From contig OX337234.1 in NCBI GenBank assembly GCA_946965045.2, positions 1,550,001 to 1,614,000 on the forward strand: a stretch of 64,000 nucleotides of DNA, in the 5' to 3' direction. The notes beneath the pieces were generated by a model. The model had not been told where the DNA came from, searched no databases, and was given only the letters and a program-made list of their open reading frames with translations. The translations under genes and the position numbers were made by a program. Shown piece by piece: positions 1 to 10,693 of the stretch (the first letter of the stretch is position 1; each line of letters begins with the position of its first letter). The stretch comes from Epithemia pelagica (Eukaryota > Protista > Bacillariophyta).

Positions 1-717
1 TCGAAGCGACGATTCAGGGTTCGACCTTCTCAATGTTCGAATCGCCAGTAGATAGAGGCATAGAGCCGCCTAGATGCATATCATTCAGTCATCTCTTGCA
101 TGCAAGATGAGGTTATTGCAACACACGATCATTTTAGTAGTAGTTACAATATCTACAGGAAACGCTTTAATTCCAAGCAAACCAAAACTGCAGAGACGTT
201 CTCCAAGGTTTTCAATACCTTGAAGAATGTTGTCAGGCTTTTGACTCGCCACAACGTTTTCATTTCCTCTTCAATCACATCCGTTGCCAGAAATCCACCT
301 AGTTCCAGTTGCGGCCCCACTAGCCTTAAATCGGTGCGCTCCATTTCCATGATGTACAAGTCTGGCTCTTACCATCGACCAGATATCATTTCATTTCATT
401 TTAAGTCCCTTCCTCCCGATAGCCTGAAATCGCGCTCCATATCCATGATGTACACGTCTGGCTCTACCCATCGTCCAGGGATATCATTTCCTTTCAGATA
501 AGTCGCTTCCTCCCGCTGTAGACATCAATGGGACAATCAACGGTCAACAACGCGTGCAACAGAAACGTTCACTTCTAGTCGCACACGTCAATGAGCAATA
601 GAGACATTTCCTGTGATGCGAGGGGAAGACAATCGCAATACGACAGAGCAGGGGGAAGACTGACAACCCAGAGTTTCAAATGTGATCATTCAAGTGTATC
701 AAAGCCTCTTTCCATAT

Positions 718-2430
718 TCAGGATTCCCAATACACTTCTCGGGTTGTCTCCAAAGAAGTTTCAAACGTACTGGATCCTCCCAAATCTTCCTCCTCCTCCA
801 AGACCGCCACCTCCATGACACGCACTGAGCTTCGAGAAAACTCACGAAATTGATGATGATGAACTTGTGTATGTGGCCACAGATCAGGACGATTCACGCT
901 TTGTCGACGCACCAGCGGTATCCTGTTTCCTTCCTGTTGACGCGATGGGCGACTTTTCCCACCCGGTGATTGAGTTTTGTGGTGGTTTCTGTCATTGCCA
1001 GTCGGTTCGGTTCTTCGTCGATTGTAAAACAAAAGGTATGCGGCAGATTGATTGTGCTTCAAAGTGCTTTCTGAGATTCGCTGTGTAACGCTATCGTTGA
1101 ATTCATACCATTCTTCATTTCCAAAACGACTCATGGCATATGCCGTATAGTGACCGCTTCCAAGGCCACCGAAATGATTGGACACTGCATACAAATCGTA
1201 GATTGGTTTGTCGCTGCTCTGACTTTTGACAAATTTCTTGAGATTCCAATTCTCAATGGGATAGTCCACGGCTGCCGTATTCTTCGATCCCACATAGTTC
1301 CCAAAATCATCAAATTTGAATCGCTTCAAATGAACAATAAGAATGGGAGGCAAGATCCAAATATCGGTCTTCTTGATGGCATCTCTGTGGGTTTTGCATT
1401 TACTGCAATACCATTGGTTGTCGCCGTGCAATTTTTCCGGAGCCAGGTACAACTCCATACAATCTTGAAGCGACCGACATTCACTGGTCATGGGCAGTGA
1501 CAAATACATGAACGGCTCGAATCTTATATTCTTGTGTCCACAATGCAAACAAGTGAGGCAACTGCGCATTTGACCTTGAAAAATGTCTACAATGATTGAT
1601 TTATCACGGCAAAGGTAATTTTTCCAAGCTTCCATGGCATCTCGCTCATCGTTCAAACCATCGCAATCGCGATCTTCTATATATGGCTTCTTTTGGATGC
1701 GATTTAAGTCTTCATGGATGCCATCCAACATGAGTGCCAAAAGTTCTTGGGCATCATGTTGCTCCGAGCCCTCAAACTGTGGAGAAAAGTTGGCCAATTG
1801 TGCCTTGAACAGTTTGGGTCGGAGCACAAGGTTCTTACCAGACCAAATGGAACCCATCAAATCCGCATACGCTGTAGCTAGTTTCCCTTTGGTTCCAAGA
1901 GCACTGGATTTGTTAATTTCAGCTCGGTAATTGTATCCCAAAAAGTAATCGGTCAGGGGTATCGTCGCTGAAAGGCACTGCAAGCTACTGTTGAGATAGC
2001 ATGTGTTTCCCATATTATTCATGCCTACCACTCCCACTGGTCGAGACCGTTTGCTTTTACTTCGGCGAAGTCCATTGCTCACCAGATTGGAGTACGCTTG
2101 CATATGAACTTCATTGTAGGTCGAAGTGGCGAGCCCACCTCCCCGTTGCGGCGTGTCCTTGTTGTTGTGGGAAGGCAATTGTCTCAAACTGTTGCTGCCT
2201 TCATCCCCGGGGAGCCGTTCTTCTGTGTTTTCACGAACGGGCAACAGTCCACCGTCCCGAGGATTGCCATTATGTGGATTGTTGCGATGATGATGGGAAA
2301 GAGCCGTATCGTCGGTTGCCGCCGTTCCGTTGGACCCTTGATGAGACGGATGTGGTCCTTTCTTGGTAGGTGCTTGCACTGCTCCCAAGTCTCGCAGACT
2401 TTTCTCTGGTTTTGTGCAAGTACTTCCCAT
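718..2430 (-). CDS. Ubiquitin carboxyl-terminal hydrolase (peptidase C19/USP), 570 aa, single exon
   Basis: Cys box GMNNMGNTCYLNSSLQCL, QHDAQE motif, CxxC zinc-ribbon pairs (CLHC, CSKC), His box YAVSNHFGGLGSGHYTAY and FND. ATG at 2430, TGA at 718-720. Confidence 0.95.
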   Translation of the reverse strand: MGSTCTKPEKSLRDLGAVQAPTKKGPHPSHQGSNGTAATDDTALSHHHRNNPHNGNPRDGGLLPVRENTEERLPGDEGSNSLRQLPSHNNKDTPQRGGGLATSTYNEVHMQAYSNLVSNGLRRSKSKRSRPVGVVGMNNMGNTCYLNSSLQCLSATIPLTDYFLGYNYRAEINKSSALGTKGKLATAYADLMGSIWSGKNLVLRPKLFKAQLANFSPQFEGSEQHDAQELLALMLDGIHEDLNRIQKKPYIEDRDCDGLNDERDAMEAWKNYLCRDKSIIVDIFQGQMRSCLTCLHCGHKNIRFEPFMYLSLPMTSECRSLQDCMELYLAPEKLHGDNQWYCSKCKTHRDAIKKTDIWILPPILIVHLKRFKFDDFGNYVGSKNTAAVDYPIENWNLKKFVKSQSSDKPIYDLYAVSNHFGGLGSGHYTAYAMSRFGNEEWYEFNDSVTQRISESTLKHNQSAAYLLFYNRRRTEPTGNDRNHHKTQSPGGKSRPSRQQEGNRIPLVRRQSVNRPDLWPHTQVHHHQFREFSRSSVRVMEVAVLEEEEDLGGSSTFETSLETTREVYWES

Positions 2431-2811
2431 GGTATGTGTTACGATGCCGTGAGTCGAGCTGGGTCTCTATTGGTACAATTCTGCTTGGACATGAGCAAGC
2501 TATGGGCCGCCTCCGCAATTTTCATCTTCTGTTGTGGTGGCGCGGCAGTCTCCACAGCGAAGACAAGGAACGCCGTCGCATTTCCCGCAAGCCCAATCGC
2601 AAAGACATCCACCCCTGAGCGGTTTGGTCTCTTTTCTCCTTTTTTTGCTCGTGTTTTAAAACTCGTACAGGGGAAGCTTAGACGTCGCAACTCATCCATG
2701 AGACGTCTTGAAGACATTCCATGCCGTATACCTTTCCACGCGGATGAGTCGCTGGATAGAAGCTTGATAAGGTCGATCCAAGATCAATCCAATGCTGACT
2801 TCGACTTCACC

Positions 2812-4904
2812 ATGAAAGTTGCTGTTTCAGTTACACATCCAGCCACTGTTTCATTTTTGGCACTGCTTCTAGGGACCCTCTTGGTATGCCCAGTTCTCGG
2901 TCAAGAGGAGGGTGAATGCGCCGCGGACGGAACATGTTCGGCGTCAGACAAATCACCCCCGCTGGCCTGCAACACGTACATGGCTCCAAGTACGTTGGGC
3001 GATAGCACCAACATGGGTATGTACACGGGTGTAGATTTGGAAGATGGTGATGTTGTCAACTGGCCCGAGATTGCTATCCCACTACTCTTTCGAGAATGGG
3101 GAGATCATCCAGAAGGATATACCGATGGTCAACTTTGGGAACGTTACGTTTGGGAAGGATCGGTGGTGGATATTGAAACCTACGATGAAACAGATACGGA
3201 AAAGTCCAAGGGTACGTTCCTTGCATGCAGGTCTTATCATGCATAGGTATTGCAGATTCTCTGTAAATAGTTGGTGAATACTCACGGATACGAAATGTGA
3301 TTGTTCTTTTTGGATATGCTCGACAATTTACGCTTGCATTGGCAGCGGCATTCATGCCTGGAATTGGATGTACCATCAACGCCGTCATGGACCTTCACAA
3401 CATTTTGTCTACTCATGGCTCTACCTACGATACAGCAGGATTGCACCGATCTCGCGATCCGGGTTCTGGGGCGTTTGCCGGCTACTATGATTCCATCACG
3501 AGTGCATCGACCGATATTCCGGCTGGATCCGAACTCTTGGCCGCCTATGGTACTGAATGGATCCCTGATCTTCCTGGTGTTCAAGTCACGTTGGATGAAG
3601 AAATGGACGAGGCCGATCAGTTTCTTAAGGAAGAATACATCCCCTTTATCCAGAAGCATAATTCGGAGCTTACGGAAGAAGTGAAGCAGGGGCTTTGGGA
3701 ATTTATGTCCAAGGAATTCCCCATTTACAGTCAAGCCATGACGAATTTGCCCCGTGCTCCTTGGTCCGATGTTGAAGTATATGTCAACGATGTTTTAGCA
3801 TCGGAGGACGAAGACGAGGACGAGGATGCTTCGATTGTTCGACATTTTCTTCGTAAAGGCTACATTCGCTCTTTGGAATGGCTTCAAACTCACCCCAATT
3901 CGTATTGTCAGGACCATCTCAAGCCTGGCGTCTCCACAATCCCACAAGCCGGGAGAGGGGCATTTGCGACGCGAGATTTGCCTGCTGGAACGGTGGTGGG
4001 ATATGCTCCCTTGATTCACATTGGAAAGGAGGGCCGAGAAATCTTCCACATTGAATACTCGGAAGTCTTCCGCCCAGGAAAGCGTCACGTCTATGACTTG
4101 ATCATCAACTATTCGTTTGGACATCCCAATAGTACCATGATCTTAACACCCTACGGTGGAATGGTTAACTATATCAATCACGCGTCGGGCGCTAAGGCCA
4201 ATGTGAAGGTCCGATTCCCAGATAAGGAATTGATTGCACACAAACCTGAGTGGCTCAACAATGACCCGGAATTCTTTCACCATGCCATTGAAAAGATTGG
4301 TCTTTCCTTTGAATACGTCGCGTTAACGGACATTAAAGAAGGCGAAGAAGTATTCATGGACTATGGCCCTCTTTGGGAACAGGCGTGGGAAGAACATGTC
4401 AAGTCATGGCAACCACTGGAAGGCTCGGCCGATTATATCCACTCCTCCGAATGGAACGAAACGTATTTGCGAACCTATGATGAGCTCAAGACTAATCCAT
4501 ACCCGAGTAACCTCCACACCATGTGCCTCAAGTCCTATGCTGGAGACGATTCGGGTGGCTATGTGTTTGTCCCTGTTATGAATAAAGAAAGTACGGAACG
4601 CTGGTATTGTGATGTCATGGGCCGTCGCCAACAGGGAGACAATTATGTGTATGACATTGATTTGCGCATTGACCGACCATCGGAAGATGAAGAAGGCGAG
4701 GAGCCTGTTCGCGAGCAGTGGATCTTCATTCGAGACGTTGAGGCGAGTGCCATTTTCTTGACAGATAGGATGTTCACTACCGATTGGCACTTGCCGGGCG
4801 CCTTCCGTCAGTACATCCAGATTCCAGATTCGGTCATGCCCGATGCCTGGCACAATGGTCCCGATCCGTTCGAACTTCCCGAAGATGTCGTACCCGAGTC
4901 GTAG
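2812..4904 (+). CDS. Signal-peptide-bearing tandem SET-domain protein; join(2812..3211,3346..4904)
   Basis: Hydrophobic N-terminus MKVAVSVTHPATVSFLALLLGTLLVCPVLG. GT-AG intron 3212-3345 restores the frame (KSK-A-AFMPGIG). SET motifs AGRGAFATRDL, NYINH and EEVFMDYG, plus a degenerate first copy (MGMYTG...GSELLAAYG). Confidence 0.85.
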
Positions 4905-5348
4905 GGTGTCCTCCTCCGATATGGCTATACATTCTTAGATGGAAAAAGATAATCTACTCCAGATAGTTCGGCACTCGTCCTATTAAGCCGCCAACTGGAA
5001 CTCTCCGTATCCCCTTTGGAGTACCTTACTCTATTCTCTCTAGCTAGGAGTACGAATAGATAGGTAAGGTTAGCTACTGACGCATTTTTCCTACCGATTA
5101 TATAACGGTTCTTGTACACTGCGACTTTTGTACTGTACAAGACGCCAGCCGATGCCTGGGAAGCCCCAAGCAGACCGAGAGGTGCTCGCTGACTTTGCTC
5201 TCATCAAATTTTCTTGACCGAAAAAACAAACATGTGTCGACCATGAGATAGCCGAAAACATTCGTCCCAATACCAAAACAACAAGAAGGGGAACTTCCAA
5301 CTTGTACCACCACTACATCCCTTATATCATATCTAAGAGGTCCTCGTC

Positions 5349-7580
5349 ATGAGCAGCGACGGACATGTGCAATTTGATTCAGCAGCTTCCCATAAAAGAC
5401 AAGAGGAAGACAATGAAAGTGACAACGACAACATTTTCCTGCACGATGCACGACCACTTCTTCCCAAGGCGGCATTTTTCATGGGTGATCTTCGCGATGG
5501 ATTACCAATGGTAAGACCTTATATCACTTGTTCCCATAAATAATGATCGATCTCTAATGTTCTATGACAGATCAATATGCAAGCAGCCTACCTTATACTG
5601 TCGAAAAACTTGACAGAGAAACAAGTCGGAGCCTTGTTTCTTGCATTTGGTTTGAGCCAATTTCTCTGTATGTCTCCCGCTGGATACTTTCTAGATTACA
5701 GTCATCGCAAAATAGCTATCGTGAATTACGTTTCGATGGCGGTTGCAGCTCTCACCATCATTGGAACTGTTACGGCTCAAGAGGAGGGCAAAAATATGGG
5801 GTGGTTAATGTTCTGCAGAATCCTTCAAGGTGGTCTTACTGCCATTCTACCTCCTGGATTTAATGGAATTACGTTGGGAATTGTAGGAACCAAAGGTTTC
5901 ACTCTCCAAGTATCTCGAAATCGGATAATGACGCACATGGGCACTGCAGTGGTGGTTGCATTTAGCGGTTGGATTGCCTACCTCAATTATCCCAATATTG
6001 GCGCATTGTTCTTTGTGAGTCCCTTGGCTGCCATAGGGGCATGGCACTACTTGTCACAAGTTGTTCCAAATCACGTGGATCGAGATGCTGCAAGAGGTCT
6101 TATCCTGGAATCACCAACAATGACCGAGTATGAATTGGCCGACGACGTCGCAATCTGCAAACAACAAGCCATGATGCTCCCTCGTGTCGAAAAATCAACA
6201 ATAGATTTTCCTTCACCAGTATCTGGTGACAGCATGGATGACTTGTCGTCTGATTTTGTCATACTGGAAAGTTCTGCAGGAAACCTGGATTCGAGGATTC
6301 GGAGTCCTCCTAGAGCAACACCCCGACGAGCTGTATCACCGATCTCTTTAGCGACAGATGGTGCATCGCAAACATCTTCCGTTACGGGTGGGGCCAACTC
6401 TTCCTATCCTATGGGAAGCGATGGACTGGTTCAATCGGGATTGGATCCTCCATCTTCAGGGAACATGGATCGTATGATGAACCGTCCTCCACGTCCACCG
6501 TCGTCGTCCGCGAGGCAACATAATATGGATGACAAGTCCTCCCAGGCATCTTCAAGCTCTTCAAGGAAATCTTACTCATCCATGCCTAGTTTTCATGTTG
6601 GATGGGGTGATTCTTCGTTATCCGTGTCATCATCATCGTCGACACAAAATGCGGACGGAGCGCACATCGCTGAACACACAAACAAGCACATGAACGGATT
6701 CACACCGCCCCCACGAGCCCGCACACCTTTGGCTGTTCTAATGAACAAAAGTCTGGTTTTGTTTACCGCTATTGTTTTCTTCTTCAACTTGGCCAATTCC
6801 AGTGTATTACCCTTAGTGATGCAATCTCTCTCGGTTCAAGAGTCACGATTCTCCATATTGTTATCAAGTCTATGTATCTTTATTGCCCAAAGTTGCATGG
6901 CCTTTTTTGCAAAGTTTTGTGGCGATTACTCTCCATACTGGGGTCGGAAAAAATTAATGTTGGTTGGCCTCGTCTCGTTATCAATTCGATGTTTCCTTTT
7001 GACATTCCTGGTGTCTGTGCAAAATACTCTTGATGGAGCTAATGGCGATCGAGAGAACGACAACGACGTGCGTTGGTGGTTAAAATCGTTAATCTTGTCA
7101 ACCCAGTTTTTGGATTCTGTCGGAGCCGGGATAACTGGTACACTTCAAGTGCTGGTAACAGCCGATATATCTGGTGGAACAGGACGATTCTCTCTCATGC
7201 TTGGTGTGACATCGGCGGCCATGTGTTTGGGTGCAACCATTTCTGGTTATTTGGGACCTTTCCTGGCTTATGAGTACGGATATCCCTTTGCTTTCTCATC
7301 TTTGGGTATGATTTCCTTGATTCCATTCCTGTTGTACGTGGTATGTATGCCGGAAACCATGCCTCCACAGTCCATGGTGGTAGATGACACGAAACGAAGA
7401 AGAGTTCGACTGAGTGAAGTACTGACCCGCTTAAAAGAGTCGACACATCGAAGATGGCGAAGGAGTCGACAGCGGCTTTCCAATTTGCTCATTGCCATTT
7501 CCACACGGCGTGATGATCCCTCAAAGAAACCAGTTAATCCTGTCTTTGAGGTTCAGCAGGAAAGCGCTGAGATTCTTTAG
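5349..7580 (+). CDS. MFS transporter with long Ser-rich central loop; join(5349..5510,5571..7580)
   Basis: 60-bp phase-0 intron gtaag...gacag (5511-5570) joins FFMGDLRDGLPM to INMQAAYL. Two blocks of hydrophobic helices; motif DISGGTGRFSL. Confidence 0.85.
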
Positions 7581-7850
7581 TCGTCCAGGTGGAAGTATAA
7601 CCTCGCAACTCTGCAAGAAGGGCCTTTGCGCTTATTAGTGGAGAGTTCAGCTCTATCCATAATCCATATTGCTCCAACGACTTGCTCTTCTAAGAGTAGG
7701 AGTACAATAGAGGGTGATTAGACGTGCTATGTTGTGTCGGTTTTAGTCCAGTAGAGCTGAATAATGACGACCCATGTGCGATTAGATGTATGGATCTTTT
7801 CTCCAGAACGCTACTCCTAGAAGATCTCTCAAGACAGATATAACAAAGGG

Positions 7851-8579
7851 ATGCATGCAAGGAAGTTGTCAATCCGTCGGATACTGATGGTTAGAATGTC
7901 CTCCTCGGTCGTTCGCTACCGTGTTGGACTTGATATTTGCCATCAATATGCGAAGGCAAGCACAGTTCACACCGGATGTGTGCCAAGAAGGTTTTTGTCC
8001 ACCGACAACACGTCACCTCCTTTGAATCATGCGAAATCAAGGTCATGGAGCATTCCTTCTCCGACATGGTCTATCCGTGAAATGATGGACACAACACATA
8101 AGAGTGCGTCGCCTACTCATCACGACGATCGGGAAGAAGAAGAGTCTTCGTCTTCACTTCCACCCTTACGAACCTTGGCCAAGAGATCGTTGATACATCT
8201 CGATGGTGAACGCGACTCCAAACGAGTGTCAGAAATCAAGAAAGATTTGGATCAAATGTGGAACTGGATTCAGAGTGTTCGGAAGTTTCTAGTTTCATTG
8301 GAACGCGACGGCCCAAAAAGCCTGTCCGATGAAGAGAAGAATCTTTCAATTCATCTGGCAAATCTTTCTGACGAGGATATTTACGATGTTCCTCGTGGTG
8401 TGGAAGCTGGCGCTCCAACTAGATCCGATGTTTCTCGAACGGAGACAGAAAATTTTACTCCCACACAATCGGTTGCGGAAGCCGAACAGGTTTGGCGCTC
8501 AGTTCTTGAACCAAAGACGAAACTTGTAGGTGGACACCAATACTTCGTCATTGCTACATCTAAGACCAAAAAGTCCTAA
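7851..8579 (+). CDS. Probable Glu-tRNA(Gln) amidotransferase subunit C (GatC-like), likely mitochondrial; start codon uncertain
   Basis: LAKRSLIHL...DLDQMWNWIQSV and C-terminal GHQYFVI resemble GatC. The N-terminus is Arg/Ser-rich and presequence-like. Confidence 0.55.
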   Translation: MHARKLSIRRILMVRMSSSVVRYRVGLDICHQYAKASTVHTGCVPRRFLSTDNTSPPLNHAKSRSWSIPSPTWSIREMMDTTHKSASPTHHDDREEEESSSSLPPLRTLAKRSLIHLDGERDSKRVSEIKKDLDQMWNWIQSVRKFLVSLERDGPKSLSDEEKNLSIHLANLSDEDIYDVPRGVEAGAPTRSDVSRTETENFTPTQSVAEAEQVWRSVLEPKTKLVGGHQYFVIATSKTKKS

Positions 8580-8764
8580 AACAATTGGGCTATCTCGCTA
8601 GAGGATCATTTGAAGCTTCGAGGGCGGAGGCTTTCAAAACAACCGCTCCTGTTCAATGATATATGGGTCTAATCTTGACACAGATGACTCCTCTTTCTAT
8701 TCAGTGGCGAGGATCTTGAGAAGAAAAGTGTGATCATACACACCAAACCGAAACGGTGTACGGC

Positions 8765-10297
8765 CTATTCGGTGGCATCGCAAATACCCTGGGGTCCAAC
8801 CGCAAACTGAGCATCTGCTTCCGGTAACGTTGGGCTATCGAAAACTGTGCAAATGCGGTTTTCTCCTCGTCCCTTTCGTAGGCGAAGACGAGTTGTCGAA
8901 GCATGGGCAATGATGTTGCCACCAATCGGCTTCGTTTGATCCTTTGCGAAGCTCATGCTGTCTGTAGTGTTGTGATGAAAATAAGTAAACACAGTGGGTG
9001 AGGTATGAATATTTTGCCCCGTCCTTCTTTTGATATCCTTGTGTATGTACCTGGGTTGGCGACGACTTGATTAGTGATGAATACAGCAACACCAAACTCC
9101 TCGGCCAGGCGTGTCAATTGTCGTAAAAACTGCAACAGGAACACATTGGTTGAGCGGGTCAGCCAAAAACACATCAAACAAGCTCTTCAATCTTTGCCTT
9201 TCTGTACGGCTGCAATCACATACCTGTGCCATTTGCATTTGTCGTTCGGAAAGTTCACCACGTCCTTGATAATCAGTACGAAACAAAGCCGTGGCGGAAT
9301 CAACGACAAGCAATGCGTATCGATCCTGACTCATAATGGCAGCAGCCATTTTCAAAAGTTCCATCTGATGTTCGGAGTTATGAGCTCGAGCGTACGCAAC
9401 ATTCTCCAATGCCACGGTGGGATCCATTCCAAAGCGCTCGGCAATATCCCGCAATCGATTGGGTCGGAATGTTCCTTCCGTGTCAATGTAAATGGCCTTA
9501 CCCTCTGCTCCGCCCTCTGTGACTGCCATTTGGCAAGTCACGCATAATGTGTGACAGAGTTGTGTCTTGCCAGTACGGAACTCACCAAAGACTTCGGTGA
9601 TGGATCCTGTCTCGACCCCGCCCTCCAAGAGCTTGTCAAGCTCGACCGCCCCGGTCGTGAGTGTGACAAGGGCTTTCCGATCATCCAAGGCATCGGCTGC
9701 CGTCTTAAAATCCATAGGAACCATCGACTTTACAAGTTCTTTGAGTTTTTGAACCTTGGCCTCTGATATACCCTTGACTTCGGCAAGCTTCCTTGCGGTC
9801 GCGTGTGCGATCTGGCATTCCCAACAGAAAATGTCCAGTGTCAGACTTTGTAGGCAACATCATGAAATCTCACGTCATGTATACAATGAAACTTACGGAC
9901 TCAATCGTGTAATACCCTGTAGGTAGAGCGAAGTTGACAGTGTTAGCGGCGATTATTTCTAGAGGTTAGATTCTACAGAAACGCAGGAGAATGATGCTCA
10001 CCAGCAGAATTGAGCTTTTGGATATCGTTAGCGGCAATCCCATGGTCTTGAAGTGAATCGAGTGTCAGGTAGGATACTTGAACCTGCAGTGGAAGCACAG
10101 GAGGAAATAAAGAAGCATGGCGTGCTGGTGAGTAAATGGAGAAGCGAAATCGAAATATGCTTCCAACAGAAGGGGCGTAGCATCTCCAACCAGCAGTCAC
10201 TTCGTACCTCGGTCGCTTCGGCGTCCATTTCCTCTTGTTGAGCCTGTTGCGCATGTAGCACTTGAGGCATTGGTTCCATCATCATTGGGGCCGACAT
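8765..10297 (-). CDS. RAD51: RAD51 recombinase, 351 aa; complement(join(8765..8961,9051..9129,9224..9811,9897..9916,10002..10083,10208..10297))
   Basis: Walker [50 protein letters not shown]. Five GT-AG introns give an uninterrupted 1056-nt frame. Confidence 0.95.
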
Positions 10298-10693
10298 GGT
10301 GCGGAATACTTCTTCAGGTTGGTCTATTGCAAGAGGTCGTCACAGTCACGCACTGATGAAGAGATCGTGTGAGGGTTTCTGCTCTGCGCTTTGTTGTGAG
10401 TTGGTCCGGCGTTGTGTGATTTGAACCGTCGTGCCGAATCATCGTACCAAAGAGAGCCAGCCGCTCCATGGATCTAGCGCGTAAGGTCTCGTAAGCGACC
10501 GATTAGCGACACGAATTTTATGGAATCTTTTTTTGAATTTCAAAAACATGAGTGGGCCCAAACCCACACATCAACATTTCTGATGGATCACAGAAGATCC
10601 CATTGCGACAACGCCAATAGCTGTGGGATCGTCCCTTGTCATTCCGTGTGTTTCCTAGACGCTGTGTGAACCAACCATTTGTCATCCTCCAGA

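Noticed and set aside
2098-2811. N-terminal extension of the SET gene (ORF 2098..3246)
   Set aside because: It overlaps the USP gene antisense; the ATG at 2812 gives a clean signal peptide.
8765-10297. DMC1 instead of RAD51
   Set aside because: [25 protein letters not shown] is closer to RAD51 (RTDY...RQM...FLR) than to DMC1 (RVDF...RQQKL).
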